A DNA stretch of 64,000 bases, from assembly GCF_009914755.1 (NCBI RefSeq), contig NC_060926.1; one strand, given 5' to 3'. Shown piece after piece: positions 50,776 through 64,000 of this stretch. The stretch comes from the human T2T-CHM13v2.0 reference genome, Homo sapiens. A program made the translations under genes and the position numbers. The notes beneath the pieces are model-generated. The model had not been told where the DNA came from, made no database searches, and saw only the letters and a program-made list of their open reading frames with translations. How positions within the stretch are numbered: position 1 is the first letter of the stretch; each line of letters opens with the position of its first letter.

Positions 50776-50986
50776 GAGTGATTTTCAACCAGGGGCAATT
50801 TTGCCCTGAAGGGGACACTTGTAATGTCAGGAGACATTACAGGTTGTAACACTAGGGGAATACTACTACTGGCATCTAGTTAGTACAGGCTAGAGATGCT
50901 GTTAAACAGGGAATGAATAGCTCCCCACAACAAAGGGTTATCTAGCCAAAAAAATGTTAACAATGCTGAGATTGAGAACTCCTGCC
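50776..50986 (+). mobile_element. MER20 DNA transposon
   Basis: ttttcaaccaggggcaattttgccc...tactggcatctagt...gctgagattgagaactcctg. Confidence 0.82.
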
Positions 50987-51499
50987 CTAAACCAGCATTG
51001 AACAAGAATAGACATTTCGCTATTAGGATAAACAAAACAAAGAAAAACATTTGAATTTATTAAAAATAAATTTTAGTTCAAAGCAAGGCATTTCTGAAGA
51101 GCAGTCCATGCAAATTACTTATGCTGAAATAGTTTAAGACTAGGAGGGAAAAACCCTGGAATTTCCAGTTCACTTTCTTATCAGGATTCGAAAGGAAGTA
51201 GCAACTAATGCAAATAACGAAGAGAGTACTGAGACCTGAAAACAATGGAAAGATGAAAATCCATTACTAATTGAAAACAGTGAAAAACAACTGATGTCAT
51301 ACTGAAAATCTGATGACTATAAACCCAGGTGCTTGCGACCTGTTGAGCATTGTTCTGGAAATTCTAATCAATGCATAAAGAAGTGGTTTAGAAATAAAGA
51401 ATATACCTATTGCAAGTAAAGAGGGGAAATTATTGTAGAGGTATTTATAAACATTTACAAAATACAAGATAATTAATGGGAAAAATGAGAGTTTATTAG

Positions 51500-52010
51500 G
51501 AGAGAGAGAGACTAGGAAGTACTACAGTCTTTAAAACAACCAGATCTCGCATGAACTCACAGTGAGAACTCTGTCATTACCATGGGGAGAGCACCAAGCC
51601 ATTCATGAGGGATCCACCTCCATGATCCAAACACCTCCCACCAGGCCCTACCTCCAGCACTAGGGTTATGTGTTTTCTTGGGACAGGGTCTCACTCTATC
51701 ACTTAGGCTGGAGTGCAGTGGCACGATCATCGCTTGCTGCAGCTTCCACCTCCCGGGCTCAATCAGTCCTCAGCCTGCCAAGTAGCTGGGACTACAAGCA
51801 TGTGCCACCATGTTTGGCAAATTTTTCTATTTTTTGTAGAGACCGAGTCTCACAATGTTGCCCAGGCTGGCCTTGAACTCCCGGGCTTAAGCTTCAGCCC
51901 AGTTGGCCTCCCAAATTGCTGGGATTGCAGGTATGAGCTGCCATGCCTGGCCTGGGGGTTACATTTCAGCATGAGATTTGGAGGGAACAGATATCCCAAT
52001 CATATCACCA
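51500..52010 (-). mobile_element. MST-type LTR fragment split by an Alu (51675-51952)
   Basis: caccaagccattcatgagggatccacctccatgatccaaacacctcccaccaggccc...[Alu]...ttacatttcagcatgagatttggaggg. Confidence 0.75.
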
Positions 52011-52299
52011 ACCATATCTAGAAAATGTAATTTTACAAGAAAGTAGCTCATTCACTATAGCAGCAGAAAAATAAGTATAAGATGTCCAGGAACATTTTCA
52101 TCAGGAAGTACGCTGAACCCATATGAAGAAAGCTCAAGGATGTTGTTCAGAGGTACAAGAATTACCTGGCCTATGTTATTAGAAGTAAATATGGAATATA
52201 GTTAAAATGCCATTTCTTCCCAAATCATGCTTAAAGCAATTCTATTCAGATCACAGCAGGATAATTTTGAAGCTTTACAGATAGAAGTTCTACTCTGTT

Positions 52300-53225
52300 T
52301 TGAAGCAAAATGCATACTTCAAAACCTGTTCCACTCACATTCTTCATGCTCATCATTAGCATAACTCTATCCTTTCCGTTTTTCAGGCCAAAAGTCTTAA
52401 GGGTCACCCATGACTATTTTCTCACTCCCCAAATCTATCCACTTTATCTGGAGAAAAAAAAAGTCCAGAATCTATTCCCTTCTCCCCATTTTCCTTGTTC
52501 CCACTGAGCTGTCCTTTTCTCTGCCCTGGATTACTGTAGTGTCCTGCTCACTGCTTCACTGGTCTCCCTTGGTTTCCCTACAACCATAGTGATTCTTTCA
52601 AAACATGAGTCAAATAATATATTCCTTAGAGTAAAAGTCAAAGTCCTAACAGGGGCCTAAAGTAATTTCTGCAGGCAAATCCTGTAAGGCCTATTTTTAT
52701 CAATCTCGTGAGCTAAGAATGGTTTTTACATTTACAGAGTTGGTTAAAAAAGCAAAGTATATGAGGCAGAGACCTTATATGGCCTGCAAAGTCTAAAATA
52801 TTTACTGTCTATTCCTTTACAGAAGAATAAATGCCAACTCCTGCCCTGAGCAATGAGGCCCATGACTTTATGATCTTGTCTCCTAATACTCTTCACCACA
52901 TTGGTCTCCTTTCCTCATGCACTCCAGTCATACTCCTGCCTGTTGGAGACCTTTGCATTTGGCTTTTTCCTTTGCCTGGAAGGTTCTTTCCCTAGTGCTC
53001 TATTTGGCTTACCTCCTATATTTTTCAAGTCTTTGCTCAAGTGCCATTTTTCACCCAATCCTCTATTTAAAATGCAACCCTACCGTGTGGCATTCCTCTT
53101 CCCCCTTATCTTGCTCTAGTTTCCTGTGCACTATACGTAATGATATATGCTTGCTATTTTCCCCTTGTTAGACCATCAGCCTTTCAAAGATAGAGCTCAA
53201 CAAATAGTTGTATTTATTGAAAATG
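52300..53225 (+). mobile_element. L2 3' fragment interrupted by a MER58/MER33-like hAT element (about 52670-52845)
   Basis: Pyrimidine-rich L2 ending in ctcaacaaatagttg; insert atatggcctgcaaagtctaaaatatttact. Confidence 0.6.
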
Positions 53226-54822
53226 GAATCAAAAACAGAGTTACTAATAACATGAAACACAGTCATCTTGTTCTCTTCTGAATTCTTAATCTTATCTGAA
53301 TTAGTTAAAACAGATATTGCTAAGACTTATAAGAGTTTATATATTGAATTTGTGACTGAGGAGAGAGTACCATAGCTAGGTATGTTCTCTGGATTCTGTG
53401 ATGGTGGCCAACTACTGTATTATATTTCTTTTCAGTGCTACTGCCCACAGTAGTAGTAAGATAAATGTCCTTTCTCAAGAGATATTTACTGGTGGTCCTG
53501 GTATTGTCCATACAGGTTTATGTTCATCATCTTCCCTGTAGTTAAGGGTGATCAGGGGACATTTTTCCCTATTAGATAAATAATCATAACTGATGGATGT
53601 GATGATTGAGTCACTGTGAGCTTGTTGGCAGGGTTTTGGTGATCTAGGACAGTTCTCAAGTCTAAGCTGACATTCATTGTGATTAAGTTATATGAAGAGA
53701 ATTAAAGGGTTTAATTAGCCAAGTTTGTGAAAGACAAAAATTGGAGGAGAATAGCACATTCTATGGGTGACTAAATTAGGCACCAGAAACGGGTCAATTA
53801 GGTGGAGGTGGTGGGTCAGTGGTTAGAGGGAATGGTTAATATTAATTGACAAAACACAGTACAAATAAAAGTATGACTCTGTATGTAAAAAAACAGACCA
53901 TGTGTCAAAAAGAAACCAGAATCATTAAAAACACTTGATTAATTTAAAAAGGCAGAAAAGGGATGAAGGGAATTAAATAACAGATGTGGTATAGAAAACA
54001 AATAGTAAGATGATAGACTCAGATGTACTGTATCAGTAATCACATTGAATATAAATGGTCTGAATAACCATTTAAAAAACAGAGATTGTCAGATTGGATG
54101 AAAGAATCCCTACTATATGGTGCCTATTAAAAAATGTACTTTACAGTTAGCAACTTAAAATAGGTTAAAAGTAAGAAGAATGGAAAAAGATAAACTTTGT
54201 TAACACTCATAAAAAGAAAGCTGGAGGGGCTGTACTAATAGCAGACAAAATAGACTTCAGAGCAAAGAATATTACCAAGGGTAAAGAAAGTCATTTTATG
54301 ATAAAGTAGGGGTGAAATGTTCCAACAGATATAATAATTCTAAACATTTATGCACTTAGTAACAGAGTTTCAAATTAAAGCAAAATAAAACCTGATAGAA
54401 CTGCAAGAAGTAGTCAAATACACAATTAATAGTTGGAGATTTCAGTACCCCACTATCAATAATTGATAGAACAAGCAAGCAGAAAATCAGCAAGGATTTT
54501 CTAGGTAGACCAGAATGGTACTGTCAACCAACTTGACCTGATTGACATTTATAGAACACTCAACAACTGTGGAACACACCTACACATTCTTTTGAAGTTC
54601 ACATGGAAGATCTACCAAGGTAGACCATATTTTGGGTCAAAGAAAAAGGTCTCAGTACATTTTAAAGGATAAAGTTATACAATGGATGTTCCAAGACTGC
54701 AATAGAATTAAATTAGAAATGAATAACAGAAAAATCCTTAGAAAATCCCAAAATATTTAGGAACTAAATATCGTACTTCTAGATAACTCATGGATCAAAG
54801 AAGATATTAGAAAGTAGTTTGA

Positions 54823-55090
54823 GGCTGGACATAGTGGCTCATGCCTGTCATCTTAGCACTTTGGGAGACTGAGGCAGGCAAATCACTTGAGCTCAGGAGT
54901 TGGAGACCAGCCTGGCCAATGTGGCAAAACCCTGTCTCTACTAAAAATACAAAAAAAAAAAAAAGGGCCGGGACTCGGGAGGCTGAGGTGGGAGGATCGC
55001 TTGAGCCCAGGGGTGGAGGCTGCAGTGAGCTGAGATCACACCACTTGACTCCAGCCTGGCTGACAGAGTGAGACCCTGTCTCAAAAAAAA
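54823..55090 (+). mobile_element. Alu with internal right-arm deletion
   Basis: TSD agaaagtagtttga. Confidence 0.9.
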
Positions 55091-57578
55091 GAAAGTAGTT
55101 TGAGTGGAATAAAAGCAAAAATACATCTCAGAATTAGTGGGATGCTGCTAAGCTTTACTCAGGGAAATTTCTAGCACTAAATATCTATGTTAAAATATAT
55201 TTAAAAAGAAGAAAGGTCTGAGTTTCTACCTTAAAAACTAGAAAAACAAGAGCAAATTAAATACAAAGTAAGCAGGAGAAAGGAAATAGCTATCAAAACA
55301 AATCAGTTAAATAGAAAAAAAAAATTAAAAGATCAAGAAAATTGATAAACTCTAGCTAAGACTGACCAGGAGGAAGAAAACACAAATTCCCATTATCTGG
55401 AGTGAGAGATTCCTGTAGTGACATTACCACAGATTGTACAAGTTAATAGGGAATATATGAACAACTGCATGCCATTAAACTCAACAGCTTAGATGAAATG
55501 GACAAACTCCAAAGACACAAATTGCCAAAGCTAACTCAAGAAAAAATAGATAACCTGATAGCCCTATGTAGTTAATACCCTTCCTTATCACAGTGAAGAC
55601 TCTAGGCCCAGATGGCGTTGTTAGAGATTTCTACCAAATGTTTAAGGAAGAAATAATACAATTTCTATGTAAACCTTTCCAGAAAATTTAAGAGAAATCA
55701 TTCTTAACTCATTCTGTGAGGTCAGAATTATAATCATCGCCAAATCAGACAAAGGTATTACAATAAAATAAAACCTACAGACTAATATGTCTCACGAACA
55801 TAGATGCAGAATTTCTCTATTTTAGCAAATTGAATAGTAGACCAAGTGGGATTTATTCCTAGAATGCAGAGCTAGTATAACATTACAAAGTTAATCAGTA
55901 TAATTCACTATATTGAAAAAGTACATGTCAATTGATGAAAAGGGGAAAAAAACCAGCATCTATTCCTGATAAAAAAAATAATCTCAGCAAACTAGAAATA
56001 GAGGAAGGGAATTTTCTCAAGCTGATAAAGGGCATCTGCAAAAATCCTACAGCTAGCATTATACATATGGTGAAAGGCTAAGTCATGTTATCTCTGAGAT
56101 CAAGAAGACGACAGGGATATCTACTTTCACCACAACTATTCAACTTCGTACTTGGAGGTTCTAGCCTATGCAGTCAGGCAATAAAAATAAATTAAAGGCA
56201 TTCAGATTGAAAAGAAAGCAGTAAAACTTTTGATTTGTAAATGACATGATCATCTACATAGAAAAACTGAAGGAATCTACACAACTAGTAGACTAGTAAA
56301 TAAGTTTAGCGAGTCACAGGTTATAAGGTCAATATACAGAAATCAGTTGTATTTCTGTATAGTAGCAATGAACAGTCCAAAATTGAAATTTAAAAATACC
56401 TTGTATTCAAGAGTGTTAGGTGTAATTGGGAAAAAAGAATGGAAAAAAAGAAAAAGAAAAAAACTAGCATTTAGAATAGCATCAAAAAATATGAAATGCT
56501 AAAAATACCATTTAGAATAGCATAAAAACATGAAATAGGGATAAATCTGACAAAGGAAGTGAAAGAGTTGTACACTGAAACCTGCAAGATACTGCTAAGA
56601 GAAATTAGCCCAAATAAGCAGGAGATACATGTTGTTCATGGGTTGGGAAACTCAATATTGTTAAAATGTCACTTCTCTCCAGATGTATCTAGAGATTCTG
56701 TGCAATTCCAGCAGGATTTTTAAATCAAAGAGTTTGTTCTAAAATTTGAATGGAAGTGCAAAAGACCTGGAGTAATCAAAATAACTAATTAAAACAAAGT
56801 TGGAGGGCTCACACTGTCTGATTTCTAGACTTAAAAAGCTACGGTTGTTAAAACAGTGTGGTGTCAGTGCAAAGATAGATATATTAATGGAACAGATTGG
56901 GGTGCAGAAATAGACCTACACATGTATGGAACATTGATTTTTGACAAAGGCATAAATGCAGTTGTGCAGAAAGAAGGTAGTTGTTTCAACAATTGGTGCT
57001 GAAACTATTTAGTAGGCAGAAAGATAGGACTCAGACCTCATACCATATTTAAAAATTAACTCAAAATGGATCACATAGCCAAATGTAAGACCTAAAATTA
57101 TAAAGTTGCCAGAAGAAAATCTTTGTGACCTTGGGTTAGGCAAATAATTTTTGGATGTTATACAAAAAGCACAATTCATTTTAAAAAAAATGATAAATGG
57201 AATTCATAAAAATTAAAACCTGCTCTTCAGAAGACACTGTTAGAAGAATGAAAAAGACAAACCACAAACTGGAAGAAAGTCTGCAAAGCATATATCTGAT
57301 AAAAGACTGCATCTAGAATATATAAAGAATTCTCAGAATTTAACAGTTAGAAACAATCCAGTTAAGAGTGGGCAAGATACTCATATATGCATTTCACCAA
57401 AGGAGATAGGCAGATGTCAAATAAGCCCTTGAAAAGATGTTAATCATTAGGAAATTGTGTAGTAAAACCATAAGGAGATTCCACTACACAGCTATTAGAG
57501 TGGCTAAAATGGAAAATATTGACTATACCAAATGTTGGCAAGGATACAGAGCAGCTGGAACTGCTTGTGGGAATATAA

Positions 57579-57910
<332 letters not shown>

Positions 57911-58423
57911 TAGTTTGGCAGCTTTTTAAACCAAACTCGAACCAACCATATGATCTAGCCATTTAAGTATTTACCCAAGAGAACAAGAAATATATGTTCA
58001 TGAAAAGACTTTTGCTTAAATGTTCATAGCGGCCTTATTTGTAAATGGCCCAGACGTGTGGATAAACCAACTGTAGTACATCCATGTAACAGAGTACTAC
58101 TCAGCAATAAAAAAAAAAAAAAAAAAAACTATTGCTGTATACAACAGCATGGATGAATCTCAAAGTGATTATGTTGAACAAAAGAAGCCAGACTATAAAG
58201 AGCACATAGTATATGATTCTATTTGCACAAAACTCTAGAAAACAAAGCTAATCCATAATTACAGAAAGCAGATCAGTGGTTGCTTTAGCTTTGATAAAGA
58301 TGTTTAGGGGAAGGGTTGCATGGTAGAGGGAGGGAACCACAAAGGAGCATAAAGCTTTTGGTGGTTACGGTTTTGGTGGTTACAGAGGTGTTCACTATCT
58401 TGATGGTTTCATGGGTGTATGTG

Positions 58424-58424
<1 letters not shown>

Positions 58425-58484
<60 letters not shown>
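58425..58484. repeat. (TA)n(TG)n compound microsatellite
   Basis: Directly visible. Confidence 0.95.
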
Positions 58485-58487
<3 letters not shown>

Positions 58488-60353
58488 ATTAGGTACTTTA
58501 AATATGTGGAGTTCATTGTATGTCATTTATAACTCAGTAGTGAATAAAAAAAGACTGTTCATGTACCAACTGGGGCAGATGTGGCTTAGAAACCATAAAG
58601 CACCCAGAAAGGCCATTGGAAGGCTAGATTGCAATACTTGAAATACACTATTGAAATTCAGCGATTATCTTCTACTCTGTATAGGCAAGTCCACACTTGA
58701 GGATGTAGAGAAACTGCAGTGTGCCAAGAGAGGAGTGACCAGGCTGACATAGAAATTCAAAACTCTACTGTGAGGAACAGTTGAATGACCTCAAGATGTG
58801 AGGTACAGCCTAGGGAGAAGATTTGAGCAGAGTAATGTTGTAGGGCGGATTTGCTCTTAGTAAAATGTATTTGGGAGACCATATAATGTAACAAAAGGAT
58901 TCGAACTGATCGTGGCAGGAGGTAGAATTCAGACCCATGAGTGGAAATAAAACAAGAAGTCCAATTTTGTCTTGATATTAGGAAAAACAGTAAGTGGAAG
59001 CTGACTTTTTCAGAAGACAGCAAGTTTTCTGTTTCTGAAGAGGTATTGGCATGGACTAGGTGACCACTTAGTTAAGTATTCTAGAAGGAATTCAAGCTTT
59101 GCACTGTTGACATATCCTTACATCGATATACCACCATACTTTGCAAGGTGCCTTTGTATAGAGTCCCCCATCTTATTTTGAGATAGAATTGATTCTGGTT
59201 TCCCGTGATCCAGATGAAGAAAGCTGTTATTTACTAGGCTTATTACTTTGACTCATTATATTAGAGTCAAAGACGGAATTCACACCTAGCTCTGCCAAAT
59301 CCATGGTAAAATTATGCCTTTTTCCACTTTATTCATTATGTCCCTGGGCTTTTTCCATCCATTTCTTGTGATCTCACAGACAAAATGATAAATATAACAT
59401 TTGAGTGTTTATTCCTTTATTTGTTATATGTTGGTATTTGTATTTGTTTTATATGGTACATAGTTACCACATTAAGAATTGTGTATGATACAAATAGATT
59501 AGTCTCTTAGGAGACTAATTCTTTTAAAAGAATTCATACAAAACTAATTTTCTTACATTTTAAAAAAGCGGTTAATGTTACCATCCTTATTTTTAGGTAA
59601 CTAGGGGCAGGGGTGGGGTGGGACTTAGTCTTTCACTGCCAACAACCAAACAGATGTGGTGTATGTGGGGACTATTTACGCACTCTTCGCCCACCACATG
59701 CTGTATAAAGGAGGTATGGCTGCCTTGCTCAGCTTATAGGTGGTTCCCTTCCTTACGATGAATGCTTGTGTTCACAGGGTTGAATAGCTATATTCACTCA
59801 TTTCATGAGAGGAGTAAGTTTGCTGACATATTTTAAGAGGGGGGAAAGGGAGTAGCCTCTTCATAGCATGGCCATTTAACAGTGACTCATGGTTACTAAA
59901 CTTGTTTACAGTAATCTTGGACACCAGAAGGTTATTAATAGACTTTCCTTAGTCCATGATCATTCAGCTTAGACTATGCAGACATTTTCTTTAGTAAAGA
60001 GGTGGGGGTTGGGGGAGGTAGAAAGCATTTATCACTGGAATTAATGTGATAATAGAATTGTTCTTATTATCAAATACTTGGCACCAACAGTATCTGTCAG
60101 TTCACTTTTAGATTCCATTTCACATCTTGGTCTTCATTTACTTTGATATAGAACTTTCTTTTTTCAACAAGGTCATTTAATCTCTTCTTGTAGAATGAAT
60201 TGATATTTCAGGCAGTAAATATAAATGGGTAAATATTTAGAGGACTCTTGTTTAAAATGATTCTTTTGTTAAAGATTGGGTTTAAAGAAACTCAAAAAAA
60301 ACAAAAAATAATAATTTAAGCCTCATCATTCCCCCCAAATCTGAGCTCTTTAA

Positions 60354-60668
<315 letters not shown>

Positions 60669-60889
60669 TCTTTGAGGCATTTCTTAACAATAACTAGTTA
60701 TATGTAAGTTAGAATCAATTCAGTTATGTAAACTAATGAACACAGGTATGGAAAATTTTGCTAAATAGATCCCTTCAAAATTATTTCTAAAAAGATGACT
60801 TAACAGTGGTGCGCATTGGAGTTAACGTTTTCCTCATGCATGGTTGCCTTTGTTGTTGTCTACTGTCTTTACTTGCATCATTATCTCTT

Positions 60890-61330
60890 GCAAGAGATCC
60901 CCAGTTTGATTGAATCCACAGACATTTTAGTGCCTCTCTGTGTGGGCAGATAGGCATAGGAGTCAAACCTTGTCCCCGTTCTTAAAAAAGTATATAATCC
61001 AGTAGAGGAGATACACATGTAAATAATATAATATAGAGGGACTTGGGGGCGCAGATAAAATTCTGTGGGAACCAAGAGGATAAAGCAGTTCCTACGTCTG
61101 TCAGAGACAGATACAGAGATGACAGGTTTGAAGTGACGTTTAAGCTGATTTTTAAGGTTTTTGGCAGGCAAAGTGTGAAAGGGAACAGAATTTGAAACAA
61201 ACCTATGGCATGTTCAGAAAACAGTGACAAGTTCAGTGTGACTTTAAGAGGTGGAGATAAAGAGGAATGGTAGGAAGTAAGACTAGAGAAACAAGCTTTG
61301 GTAGAATGAAAAGGGCCTTATAGACAACCT
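60890..61330 (-). mobile_element. L2 3' fragment
   Basis: gattgaatccacagacattttagtgcctctctgtgtgggcag... L2 end in antisense. Confidence 0.6.
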
Positions 61331-61394
61331 AAGGGTATACTGAGGGGGAGTGCAAGAGGTCTTACGCTATAGAAGTCTTATGTTGCCTTACTTT

Positions 61395-62121
<727 letters not shown>

Positions 62122-62546
62122 TTTCATCCACTTTTTTAGTTTTACTTTATTCTAACTAGTATATTGGAATTCTACATTGTGTAGTAGGGAAGTGTGTATG
62201 AGTGTGTGCGAGAAAGATCTTTGTTTCCTTCATAGATTCTAATTTATTTCTGTATCTATACAAAGTCATGTTCTAATGATGTATGTTCATTCCCCCAAAA
62301 AGCAGAAAATACAAGACTATAAAGAAAAAAATTAAGTTTATCCTTAATTCAGTACCACGTGAAATGACTACTGTTAACTTGGTGGGGATTCTCATTCATA
62401 TTCTAGCTTGTTTTCTCCCTCTCTCTGGGGCAGATAAGTAAATGAGTATGGGGTCATGCTGCTCTGTAACCTGTTGGTGTTTTTTTTGTTTTTTTTTTTT
62501 TAATTTTAAATTTTAACATCTTTTCATGTGCATATAGATCTCAATT

Positions 62547-62846
<300 letters not shown>

Positions 62847-63834
62847 TAAAGCCTGCCGTGGTTCTTCCATTTTATGGGTACATAATGATTAAACTAGTTC
62901 AGTGGGATAACTTTTACTTCTAATTCTTTGCTGTTGTAAGTAACACTGCATGTACTTACCTTTGTGTACTTGTCTGTTTCCATAGGGTAAATTCCTGAAA
63001 GTATAATTCACAGGAAGTTGCAGAAATGAGTCAGAGGCCTTGCACCTTTTAAAACTCTTCAATAACATTTTGCCAAATTGCCCTCCAGTAAAGTTGTACC
63101 AATTTATTTTCCTACCAGTGGCGTATCTAAAAGCCTTTGCCTCTGATAAGAAGGAAGAATATTTTATCCTTTTAAGATTGTTACTATTACTATGAAATAG
63201 AATCTTTTGTAAGGTTTTTAATGTCTGACTTAGCCATTTGTATACTTCAGCATGTTACTATGTTTGTCTTTAAGTGTGCTTTCTATATTGAGGTTAGAAT
63301 TGCTACTAACTACTAAAAATTGGGGACAGTGAAGAGGGCAGCCCAGTCTTGTATCTCACCAAGTAAAGTCCTGTCCCTTCATGTGGAAGTAGCCTTCTTG
63401 TCACCTTGTTTCCTAACGTAAGGCCGGTTTGGATCTACTGAGTGCTTGAGTCCAGAGGAGGAGTGTTGGTAAGGGCTGTGAGTACTTCAAGGACATTGCA
63501 TAGAAGCACTAATGGGTATGTGAGCTGTCTTCTCGAGTCTTCTGAAATTGTACTTTTGTATCACTACTTTTTATCAGCAATTGCCTCTAGTGACAGTAAA
63601 ATAGTGCACTGATAGGTACCGTGGGAATATTGGATTTAAGTCAAGAGAGTTAATACGAAACCTCCTGAGGTTTTGGTGATCTCTGAAAAGGCCATTTGTA
63701 CTAATGTTTAGCTTACTAATTGCTTATTTTCCCACCCTGTTTTATTTTTTAATGGGAAAGCAGGCAGTGAAAAATCTCATAGCCTTAGTGCTACTTGAAG
63801 AGGTTATTATGGACTCTATCCTTAAAAATTTGAA

Positions 63835-64000
63835 GTCCTGTTACACGTTACTTAACAACAGGGATACATTCCAAAAAATGCATCATTAGGCGATTTCTTC
63901 CAGCCTGTTGCTCCTAGGCTACAAATCTGTGTAGCTTGTTACTATAGCGAATACTGTAGGCAGTTGGAACACAATGGCAAGTATTTGTTTATCTAAACAT
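63835..64000 (+). mobile_element. Tigger3-like fragment, internally deleted, runs off the window
   Basis: cttaacaacagggatacattcc...ttgctcctaggctacaaatctgt...tatctaaacat. Confidence 0.75.

Overview
Mammalian (human/primate) genomic DNA, almost entirely intronic and rich in interspersed repeats. The only host coding sequence I can support is a 114-nt coding segment at 45128-45241 (+), [38 protein letters not shown], the N-terminus of CAB39 (MO25alpha), in an exon at 45085-45241 with canonical splice sites. The rest is the long intron upstream of it and part of the next intron. Embedded are: a full-length processed BANF1 retrocopy with an uninterrupted 86-codon ORF, antisense to CAB39 (about 9839-10567); a polyadenylated U6 snRNA pseudogene; about 44 Alu/FLAM copies with an antisense bias; an old ~4.6 kb L1; a 5'-truncated L1; several DNA-transposon fossils (MER1B, Charlie1, Tigger3/4, MER47A, MER20); MaLR LTRs; L2/MIR fragments; and microsatellites. 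Most interesting: the intact-ORF BANF1 retrocopy, two apparent locally templated insertion scars, deep transposon nests, an Alu-tail-derived 18-bp polypyrimidine minisatellite, and tandem acceptors/inverted Alus around the CAB39 start exon. I found no clear evidence of a wholly novel biological system. Repeat family names and boundaries were recognised by eye and are approximate.
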